Origin: Cyanidioschyzon merolae | Taxonomy: Eukaryota | Reading direction: 5' to 3' (one strand) | DNA: 64,000 bases | Assembly (NCBI GenBank): GCA_000091205.1 | Contig: AP006501.2 | Part shown: positions 54,371 through 63,600 of the stretch, in pieces | How the letters are laid out: each line of letters begins with the position of its first letter | Position numbering within the stretch: position 1 is the stretch's first letter | Made by a program: the position numbers and the translations under genes | Notes under the pieces: generated by a model | The model's input: the letters and a program-made list of their open reading frames with translations, nothing else | The model's database searches: none | What the model was told of the DNA's origin: nothing

Positions 54371-54444
54371 TGCTGCCCGCGGTGCACGGTAGTGGCGAGT
54401 GACCCGCCCTAAACATGACGTCTCCAACTGACGTGCAGACGCTT
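54371..54444. repeat. right copy of ~74-bp direct repeat flanking the Fanzor-like locus
   Basis: See the left-copy entry for the alignment. This copy lies 3,552 bp downstream in the same orientation. Confidence 0.6.
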
Positions 54445-54827
54445 CCAAAATAACATACCACCGGAGGAAATTCCCTTATACCTCCTCTACGGTATTCGTC
54501 GGAGAGCCACGTCGACGTTCGTGAACGGTCGTTTAGATATCTGAGCGCAGCACTGCGGAACCCTTGGCACTAACTGCTGATGAGGTTGTTGATGGGAAGC
54601 ATAGGAGTTTTGCCTAGTTTCTCAGAAAGACATTGAGCACTTGTGCTAGATGTGCTCAACGCTATGCAGTGTACGGGAGATATAGGTCAGACTCTGGACA
54701 ATTGACGGGCGATCACTCTTGCAGCTACGCAAAAGAGGTTTTTGACTGGATACGCATGGTTGAGCGAACGTCTCTAGTTGGTGGCGCGTTCAGCAGCTTT
54801 GCACCAGAGGAAATCTAATGCAAGAAA

Positions 54828-55903
54828 ATGCAAGCTCTTTTCGTTTTTGTCCCGTTGTACCAGGAAAGACACATTGTTCGCGCGCGCGCTGCAACTCGAG
54901 CACGGTTCCCGCTACGTACCGCACGTGACGGGTGCTTCGCAGACGGACAATGCCACCACTGTCAGCATCCGCTTCCCTTGTTAGTGCAGCCCTCGCCTGT
55001 AGCACGCCGGCACCACGCTCTGCATCTTCGTATGGGCCCGAAACAGTCGCAGGTCGCCGTGATCACTGGCGCGTCCTCTAGAGTCGGTCTGTATTCCGCT
55101 CGCGCTCTGATCAGCAAGGGCAACTGGCACATCGTCATGGCATGTCGTGACGTCGACCGGGCGGAACGCGCAGCAAACAGCGTGAACCTTCCAAAGGACG
55201 CCTATACAGTGCTGCATTGTGATCTGGCTGATTTCGCCTCTGTGTTGAAGTTTGCGAGAGAGCTATCGAGTGTGGCGCGCGTGGATCACCTGGATGCCCT
55301 GATCTGCAATGCCGCACTCTGGCATCCGCGGGACAAGAAACCGCTTCTCACGGTGGACGGCATCGAGAAGGCCATACAGGTTTGCTATCTGAGCCATTTG
55401 CTTATATGTCGGAGGCTATTGCCGAAGCTGAAAGTATCGCGCGGGCGCATTGTGTTTCTGACGACTCAGACCCATTCGCCGAATTCGTTGCCGGGAAAGA
55501 TTCCCCCGCAGGCTCGTCTCGGTGACTTGTCTAGTCTAGCCGCGGGGCTTGGTCCGCGGACGACGGGCATGGTGGACAGTGGCCCGTTTGAGCCCACAAA
55601 AGCCTACAAAGACGCCAAAGCCGCGAACGTTTTATCAATGAAGGCGCTCAGTGATCGATACGGCCGCGACGGGGTGACCTCTGTGGCGATTTTCCGGGAT
55701 GTGTCGCCGACAGCAACCTCTTCCGCGAAAAGCGTGGCTGGTTCCGATACGTATTCTTCCCGATTCTTCAGAAGTATATCACTCCGCAATACGTTCCGAA
55801 TGACGAGGCCGGCCGCCGTGTAGCCGAAGTGGCGACCCAGGGACAGTTCCCGGACTCGGGCTCGTATTATCAGTGGCGTGGCAAATATACGTATGGGGGA
55901 TAG
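54828..55903 (+). CDS. POR: light-dependent protochlorophyllide oxidoreductase (LPOR, SDR family) homolog with an apparent 1-nt frameshift near 55695
   Basis: The LPOR alignment runs full length. VAVITGASSRVGLYSARALISKGNWHIVMACRD matches ViTGASSGLGLaTAKALAetGkWHViMACRD. The LPOR-specific insertion loop (…PPQARLGDLSSLAAGL…KAYKDAKAANVL) is present. In frame 0 the ORF reads …GVTSVAIF, then the homology continues in frame +2 as PGCVADSNLFREKRGWFRYVFFPILQKYITPQYVPNDEAGRRVAEV… (cf. [47 protein letters not shown]). It ends at TAG 55901–55903. One C missing from ttcc(c)ggg at ~55695 explains the shift. The ~68-aa N-terminal extension MQALFVFVPLYQERH… resembles a transit peptide. Confidence 0.75.
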
Positions 55904-56182
55904 AAGACCGAACCGCAGGTTATTGAACCAACGTAAGAAATCGACAAGGCAGATCAGCTTTACGAACTGAGTCTTGATCTGATCGACCAGGCGTTACGGA
56001 GGCGAGGCCTAAAGTCGAATTACTTGGCCCCTGTCTAAGGTTTGTTAGTGATGAAAATGAGATGCGGGCTTCGGAGCGCAGACCGCTGCGTCAAGGACGG
56101 ATGTGGGAGCAACAGCGTAACGATGAGACGACACCCCACTGTCACAATCGGATAGCGGACGGATGGGTGGGCACACCTCCTG

Positions 56183-57804
56183 ATGTGGAGAACCAAAATT
56201 GCTTCGCAAGTCAGAAAGCGTACTGCAGTAGTGATTAATATAGCTATAGCTATGACCTACTTCGCATCGAATGCGCCAGAGACTGCCAACTGTGGTCGTT
56301 CAAGAGGGCAGAGCGCGTTTATTTGGGTAATTTTGTGCGGTGAAGAATACGGCAATAGAAGCGCACTTGCAGACGTTTGAACGATCTGTGGGTATTCGAT
56401 ATCAAACTGGGTCAACGGGCGTGGATTAATGGAAGCTCGGTAGTGAATACTCTAGCAGTATATGGGGCATTGAGCGAGTCAGGCCCGAATAGTGTACCAA
56501 GTACTCGCTATGGATCAGCTTTCTGGGACACTAGTAGGACTGATCCGATCGTATTTGTTGGAAATGGATACATAAACACGAGCGGCAGTGACTTTCTCAA
56601 TGATGTCTTTGCATTAAAGAAAACATTCCCTACTCCAACACCAAAAACTTCGCGGACACCTACCCCCATCTGCTCCAATGAGCTCTGCGGATCTCCAGGA
56701 CAGTGCATCAACCAGGACGCTTGCGAGCAAGTCGGGTGCTGCTTTAACTCCCAGACGAACGCTTGCACCCTGAAGAGCGTCTCAGCGGCGTGCAGCGCTG
56801 TTGAAGTGACGCAGCGCGTCACCTGCGGCTGGAGCTACATCTACCCCGACGAGTGCACTGCGATACCGGGATGCTGCTGGCAGCCCACAGCGAACGGCAT
56901 CCTGGCACCCTGGTGCTACTACGACATCAACCATGCACCGCAGGCTTCCGTAGCGCTGCAGGAGATGCAGGCACCGGTTCCCGTCTGCGCATCACCGGGA
57001 GCGCAGCGCCAGCCATGCGGCGACGCGGGTATCAACCAGTTTACCTGCTATGCCCAGGGCTGCTGCTACGACTCGCAGGCGCAGAACCAGTGGGTGCAGA
57101 ACGGCAAGCAGCAGAGCGACTTTGCGTCGAACCCGTACTGCTTCCAGCCTGAGAAGACGTGCGCGGTGGGCGAGTTTGAGCGCCAGCCGTGAAATAACGT
57201 GGTGAATCAGAACCAGCAGCGGAGCAACAATAACATCAACAGTAGCCAGTTTGTGCGTCTGCTGAACACGGTCCTTTACGGAGAGCAGCACGGGACGCCG
57301 CGCACGAGCTACGCGTCGCAGCAGTGTCTGGAGGCTGGTTGCTGCCTGGGGATCGGCAACGAGTGCTTCCAGCCGGTTACCGAGTATGTTTGCCAGACCT
57401 ATGGGTATGCGTCGAACTCGCTGAGCGGCACGACCGGCAAAGTGTCGAACTCGACGTATATTCCATGCGGCTCCGAGTGCTGCAACGCCGAGACGCAGAA
57501 CTGCACGTAAAACCCGTTCAGTAACAACAATAACCAGCAACTGCAGCAACAGCAGGTGCTGTTGCCGTCATTCTGTGTGTGCAAGGACCCTACAGTTCAG
57601 TCCGGGACGTACCTGATCGCTTCGGATAACCTTGTGCACAAGGTGCGTTGCTGCCGCTCTGGCGAGGAGTGCATCAACAACAAGTGTATGATGATTAGTC
57701 CTACGCCGTCTCCGAGTGCCGTTATTGCGACTGCAACTGCGTCTGCAAGTGCGTTGGTATTGGTGTCGACCTCGACGCGTGCCTCAGCAAGTACTTCAGT
57801 ATGA
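56183..57804 (+). pseudogene. Kelch-like + triple trefoil (P-domain) cysteine-rich, S/T/P-rich membrane/secreted protein gene, disrupted by one 1-nt frameshift and two in-frame stops
   Basis: The ATG at 56183 is followed by a hydrophobic anchor AVVINIAIAMTYFASNA and a Kelch-type repeat (RGQSAFIWV…GNRSALADV). The frame shifts at ~56376, where gacgttt(t)gaac is missing one T, and continues NDLWVFDIKLGQRAWINGSS…VPSTRYGSAFWDTS. Three trefoil domains follow. The third is CASPGAQRQPCGDAGINQFTCYAQGCCYDSQ…NPYCFQP. It carries R-x-x-CG and GCC(Y/F)D and ends in CF, the WCF position of the consensus. The same frame continues through a TGA at 57190 and a TAA at 57508 into more Cys-rich sequence. It ends with a Ser/Thr/Ala tail. 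Confidence 0.45.
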
Positions 57805-58487
57805 ACCACTGCGTAGACGGCAGCTATCTGTACGGCCCCGCGCGCGCGAACACAGAACTAAAACATGTTTCAGTTATTGGTATATTGATTCCATGAGGAA
57901 CGTGGTTGTACAATATAGTTCGCACGTGCATGCACGCAACCTTCCAGTCCGGGTTGGGGGCCCACAATCCAATGTTGAGGGTATCTGGACACCAAACTTA
58001 GCCCTAGACTGGACATCGACAAATATGCAGATGGCCTGCAGAAAGAGGGAGTTTTTCGTACTGCGTCATAGCGGGCCGGGTCCGAATGTGCGACGGGCAC
58101 GCCATTAGCCTTTTTCGATATTTGGACTCTGCAAGGGTATTTGAAACACGACTGCGGCGTAGACTGCTACTTTGTATTGCCATTACGAGAGCGCCTTCAT
58201 GAAACTCGGTAGCAGACGCTGCAAAATATCTTTGTCCATTTATGATAGAAATGTCCTGTTGCGGGAGCGCCGTGCGCAGATCTGCGTCATTCAGACGGCG
58301 GTGCTTGACGCGCTCCCGTGCTGCTTACCTCAGAATACTTCGTGGAGGCTCGTAGTGGTACGGACGGAGACAGCAGTGACAACAGTACCAGCAGCTGGAG
58401 GCTCTCCTATCCCTGTAGATAGTAAGCAACTCGTTTCTCTGGGAGGCGTTTACTTTTGACTGGTGCAGAACCCCTTTCGTATCCTAT

Positions 58488-60677
58488 ATGCGAAAAAGGT
58501 ATTTTTCTATTGTGAGACTCCTGGTTATAGTATTGGTTGTGTCGGGAACACACACAGTTCGTGGAGTTTTGTCCGCAGAGAATACTGTATTATGGACCTG
58601 GATCGGTGGTAGTAGCTCTAACGGCAGTTCAGGTAGCTACGGTGTTCAGGGTGTGCCGAACACCAGCAACGTGCCTCCGGCGCGGTACGGTGCGGCCTTC
58701 TGGACCGGCGCTGACGGGGTGCTCTGGTTGTTTGGTGGTGGCAGCGACTTGAGAGACGTCTTCGGTGATCTCTGGAACTACAATCTAAGCACGTTCTCTT
58801 GGACCTGGGTTGGAGGCTCTGCATCCCTCAACTCTGGAGGGGTATACGGCTCCCTCGGAGTTCCCAACAAGAGCAACTATCCGCCTTCGAGGACGGAATC
58901 CGCTGCTTGGAGTGACAGCAACGGAAACCTTTGGTTATATGGAGGCTGGAATTTGAACTTGGGCTATAGTGATATGTGGATGTATAATGTATCGTCGGGC
59001 GAGTGGACATGGGAGCAGGGATCCAACAAGACCAATGTTTCCCCGACATATGGTCCTCTTGGGAACTCGTCTGCAAGCAACACGCCTGGCGCTCGTTTCC
59101 AACCCGCGACCTGGGTTGGCCTAGATGACCAGTTTTATCTCTTTGGTGGATTTAGTCCTAGTGGTACGTATTACGGTGACTTGTGGCAGTACAACACAGT
59201 GACCAACGAATGGAGCTGGATAGGTGGCACTCAACAGCTGTCTCCCTCTGGAAGCTATGGTGCGTTTCGCCAGGCATCGCCGAACAGTTATCCCGCTGGA
59301 CGTTTCGGAGCCACCTCGTGGCGAGACCTTGATGGGAACTTTTGGCTATATGGCGGTTTGGGAGAGATTGACGCAGTTGGCAGCTTTCTCAATGATTTAT
59401 GGCTGTACAATATCAGCTCCAAAGAATGGACTTGGATGTCTGGAGATGACAGTGTTGGCTCAAATGGGGCAGTATACGGCGAGAAAGGAGTGCCGTCATC
59501 GAGCAACACTCCGGGGTACAGATCCGGTTCCTCTGGATTTGTAGACTCGTCAAACACTCTGTATCTCTTCGGTGGTGTTTCACGCGGCGTCTGCAACGAC
59601 CTGTGGACGTTCAATATAACGAGTCTTGAATGGACTTGGGTAGACGGTGACGATACAACGAATGGAGCCTATAGCTACGGCGAGGTTAACAAGACAAGCA
59701 ATACAACGCTTCCACCTCCGCGATACGATGCAGTTCTTTGGAATACCGATCAAAACGACCCGGTCCTATTCGGAGGCCTCGGTAGCTCAGGTAGCTATAA
59801 CGACCTCTTCACATTATACATCGCAGCACCGACGCCTACACCGACCGCAACACCGACTCCGACGGCCTCACCGACGCCCTCCGTTACTGCAGCACGGTCG
59901 GCAACGACAAATGTGACGCAGACCGCTGTAGGCGAAGGCTCTGCGGTCTGCTTCCCCGCGGATGCCTCGGTGCTGATCGATGGTCTGGGCAACCATCTGC
60001 AGATAAGCGAGCTTCGATCAGGTATGGCCGTGATGGGCGTCAATGGGCGCGGGCAACTGGTCGAAGATAGTGTACTAGGATGGTTGCATAACGAGCCCGG
60101 CGCTACTGCAGAGATTCTGGCGATCAAGACGCTTTCCGGAAAGCAGCTGCGTCTGACGAGACAGCATCTGGTATATCGAGTGATCGAACACTTTAGAGAC
60201 TTTGATAGTATGATGACCACTTTCTCGTGTATTTCACAGAAGCAGCAGCAGCAGCATCAGAAGCACATACGTCGGAGCCTTGAGTTGGGTACCACCGCCG
60301 TTGAGGCAGTTTTCGCGGAAGATATCCGCGTTGGCGACGCTCTGCTGGACGTTGCTGCGCACCTGCCGGACCCCGTGGTGGCAATCGAGACAGTAGTTAC
60401 GCACAATGGTCTCTATGCGCCGTTGACTCGCTCAGGGCGCCTTGTGGTCGACGGCGTTCTCGTGAGCTGCTACGGGACGTACGCATCGCATGCCGTGGCC
60501 CATGCAGTGTTGTGGCCTGCGCGGGTCGATGCTCTGCGCAAGGTATGGACATCAGGGCTCGGCACAGAGGGTATTGTGGGTATCATGCCATACGCAGAAA
60601 GGCTCTATCACATTTGGACGAGTGCAGCACGTGTTTTAACGGAGGCTCGCGTAAGTGTTGTAGTTGCAGCCTGCTGA
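58488..60677 (+). CDS. Hog-type protein: signal/anchor + 6-blade Kelch beta-propeller + Thr/Pro linker + C-terminal Hint (Hedgehog/intein-like autoprocessing) domain
   Basis: The start is an ATG. The N-terminal hydrophobic segment is IVRLLVIVLVVSGT. Kelch repeats recur about every 50 aa with a W.W(I/V)GG…YG..G…P.RyG…W…g.L(W/Y)l(F/Y)GG…DLW.YN motif. A linker APTPTPTATPTPTASPTPS follows. The Hint domain starts at Cys (nt 59949). CFPADASVLIDGLGNHLQISELRSGMAVMGV…ILAIKTLSGKQLRLTRQHLVY matches Hedgehog CFPGSATV.leqGGtK.vkdL.pGDrVLAad…ie…t.ltltAaHLlF. NGLYAPLTRSGRLVVDGVLVSCYG matches GaYAPLTaqGtiLinrVLASCYA. Confidence 0.75.
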   Translation: MRKRYFSIVRLLVIVLVVSGTHTVRGVLSAENTVLWTWIGGSSSNGSSGSYGVQGVPNTSNVPPARYGAAFWTGADGVLWLFGGGSDLRDVFGDLWNYNLSTFSWTWVGGSASLNSGGVYGSLGVPNKSNYPPSRTESAAWSDSNGNLWLYGGWNLNLGYSDMWMYNVSSGEWTWEQGSNKTNVSPTYGPLGNSSASNTPGARFQPATWVGLDDQFYLFGGFSPSGTYYGDLWQYNTVTNEWSWIGGTQQLSPSGSYGAFRQASPNSYPAGRFGATSWRDLDGNFWLYGGLGEIDAVGSFLNDLWLYNISSKEWTWMSGDDSVGSNGAVYGEKGVPSSSNTPGYRSGSSGFVDSSNTLYLFGGVSRGVCNDLWTFNITSLEWTWVDGDDTTNGAYSYGEVNKTSNTTLPPPRYDAVLWNTDQNDPVLFGGLGSSGSYNDLFTLYIAAPTPTPTATPTPTASPTPSVTAARSATTNVTQTAVGEGSAVCFPADASVLIDGLGNHLQISELRSGMAVMGVNGRGQLVEDSVLGWLHNEPGATAEILAIKTLSGKQLRLTRQHLVYRVIEHFRDFDSMMTTFSCISQKQQQQHQKHIRRSLELGTTAVEAVFAEDIRVGDALLDVAAHLPDPVVAIETVVTHNGLYAPLTRSGRLVVDGVLVSCYGTYASHAVAHAVLWPARVDALRKVWTSGLGTEGIVGIMPYAERLYHIWTSAARVLTEARVSVVVAAC

Positions 60678-63600
60678 GCTGGCAATCTGCCCTGCAGGAC
60701 AGGGGCGAACAGTACCGATGGTACCACTCTAGGTGCTGCTTTTTCTGCCATAGGATAGTGTTTGAGCAATGATGGTAAAACGCGCTCTATCGCGAAAAAG
60801 CATCCCGCAGCATATTGCCAGGCATTTTTGATATGTGATGGTACCAGATCCACTTATATAAACGAGCGGAGTTGCAAAGAAGTATTCGTGTGTGTGAAAT
60901 CGAGGCACGCCGCGAAATACAGTTTTATGTACCAAGATGTACTGTAGCGCCAATACTTGCGGAGAGCAATAGCAGCAGCTGCCGGTTACATGAGACTGAG
61001 TGAGCAGAGGTTTGCATGCATCTATGCTTCGAAATAGTATTGTGGCTGGGGAGTTGTGGAGCGCTCCGCTCGAATATACATTCAGATATGAAAATTGGCT
61101 CTTAGCACTGGGGCGTGGTTCTTGGAACGGTGCAGTGAGAGCGATAAGGATTTCACAGTTGGGAAGATACGAGAAAAATCTATGAAAATTGTTTCAAGAA
61201 AGAAGAGCTGTATTGAATGCAATATGATCAAGATTCGCGACTGAATGTGGAGAAATAGAATTGGTTATAGTCGTACAATTCTACAGCTCCTGCAGTGGAA
61301 AGCATGAAAACGGAAAGTTATAAGGCCAAGGAGTAAATATCTCACGGTTATTCCGTTGATGCACTGCAGATGAGAAGGACTGCCAGGAAAAATATCGGCA
61401 GTGAAATGAACCTGGCTGTCAGTAGACTTCACTAGAAAGAACGTAACCACAGCCTGATCCCCATAGTTATAAGGCAGAGTGTACTGTGCCAGAGGCTCTG
61501 CACACTGCTCCAAACTTTGTGTAAGAAGATGTTTATATTTATGTTCTGGTGCCCTGGAGGGTGCACAGTATGTATATACTTCATAATTAATGTAAAGCAA
61601 GTTCCCGTGCTGATGAGCTCAGTCGTGCCAGTCCTGCTGATCGCACAAGGCAGCCTACTGGTAGCAACAAACCGGTGCTTATGGAACGATCGACCTGAAT
61701 GGGCCTGTCGCCACGACTCCGACCGACGAGGCGTACCGCAGAGCGAATCCTGCATACAGTGGAGCTAGTCAGAAAGTCCATGATGTAAGTCTAGATGAAG
61801 CTCAAGTGGGCGCGCGACATTCAACTGGTACCTTGGAGTTTGCTACAGTCTCGTCCTGACAAGCTCCGAGTCAGCCGCGGTACACGCGTTTGGAGTTGTT
61901 CGAGTTCTGGCTCTAGTGCGTTTATCGGCATAAACCGCTACATGTCCGGAGTGAGCTACAGGTGAAGCCAGTCTGTGCTTTGTGGATACGCAGCAGCCAG
62001 CATGTGCCAGGAGCTGCATCCGGTAAACTCTGGGTCATAAGGAATGAAGGCGAGACGCCAAGCAGCAAGCTTTGAACAATAAACAAGAGGCAAGGACGCT
62101 AAGGTCAGAGTTTGGGTGCTCGCGATCTTTGCCTCCAACCAAGCATCCCTGAAGCAGCCGCAAGCAGACTTGTATGGGCGAAAAGCTCATTGTCATATCG
62201 GGGCCAGCTGCTCTTTGATGCCGAGGCGGCGCGGTGGCTGATTCCGCCTTCCAGGAACGGTAGCGCGGAACAGTGCTATTGCTACTCTAGAGATGTGTAG
62301 GGGCAATAACTAGACAGATTAGTGAACAGTGGTTCGTGAATTCAGTGTACGCGTACAAGAAAGAGCATAGGGAACAGTGTTGTGCGTGAATCCAACAAAT
62401 CAGAATACAGACCAGAAAAAGAGGCCTCGATCATGGTCTGTTTCTAGTGCACATGTGGTTCCCTGCATTCTGCCCTGCGACAATGTGTTCATTCCTGTAA
62501 ACAATCTATATGGATGGTAAACAATGTTGGATCTCAGCTTGTATGAGAATATGCCTGGTACCGCAAGCACTACCGAGGCGATGCGCTGAGGTGCATTGCT
62601 AGACCCTAAAGATCGGCACGGGGGAAGAGTAATCAGCTGTACTGGATCTTCTCAACTTCACTGGAAACGGTATCCGAGTCGGAATGCAGAATACGGGTCG
62701 GCAGCAGAGAAACAGATATAACGTACGCTTAGCGCCTGTGGATGCTTATGGTAAGGACGCGAAGCTAGACGTACATTCAAATACTGAATGGACCCAACAA
62801 ATTATATCCATGTACCTTGTCTGAACAACCACGGCACGCGCATCGATACGAAGGGTCGCTTTCCCGTATAAGGCGATTCCTCCGGAAGCCTGCCCTGTCG
62901 ACGTGCGACGCGCAGCTGCTGTTCGCAGTGGCGCCAAGTCCGGTCTGCTGCGTGCTGCATAGCGACCGCGCAAAGTGATTACGAGCGCCTCCTACACAAT
63001 GATCGGTAAGCCGAAAAGGAGATTGGAGCTCCTAATAGAAGTAACGTGCCCACCGCTACTGTATTGCTGCCTGAGACCCAAGGGCCGGGTCGTCTTTTTT
63101 TTCCAACATTGCTCTCGGATCATCCATGAATCGGATCCACACGCAGGCAACAACAGGTCCCGGACCTACAAGCTGTCGACGAAGAAACCGCACCAGAGTC
63201 GCCTGGAAGCTAGCCACTAGCAAATTTGAGCTTAGTTACGGCTAGTGCTAGGAACGCTGACAGGGAAGAGATAGAGTTGCAACTGAGAAGATGTTCCAAA
63301 AAAGATATGTAGCTTTGTGCTTGCAGCTGAGTAGGGTGACTTACAGCAAGTTCATAACAATGAAAGAAATACGAACAATGATGACTACTGTGGATATTCG
63401 GAAAGCTCTGAAACGCGGTGGATATGAATGTATGGACGAAGGGCTTGCAAACAACGATCAAAATCGTGTGAAGAAACACGATGAGGATAGTAGAGTTCCT
63501 AAGCGGAGCAAACAACGCACACAGCCACTGTGCTGGTCTGAAGTCGCAGATAATTGAAAGCTCAACAATACCAAGCCATGTGCAAATGTAAGGCCATTCT

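Larger units (their letters stand above)
50819..54444 (-). mobile_element. candidate ~3.6-kb transposon relic: Fanzor-like gene bounded by 74-bp direct terminal repeats
   Basis: The direct repeats at 50819..50892 and 54371..54444 bracket the only TnpB-like coding remnant in the window. The interval holds no housekeeping gene. Confidence 0.35.

Noticed and set aside
57190-57530. Possible micro-introns spanning the two in-frame stops of the trefoil gene (gtgaaataacgtggtgaatcag, 22 nt; gtaaaacccgttcag, 15 nt; both GT…AG)
   Set aside because: These are far shorter than any plausible spliceosomal intron. No other gene in the window needs introns, and removal was not checked to restore a conserved domain. 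They are treated as coincidental GT/AG pairs, and the stops as real or as sequence errors.
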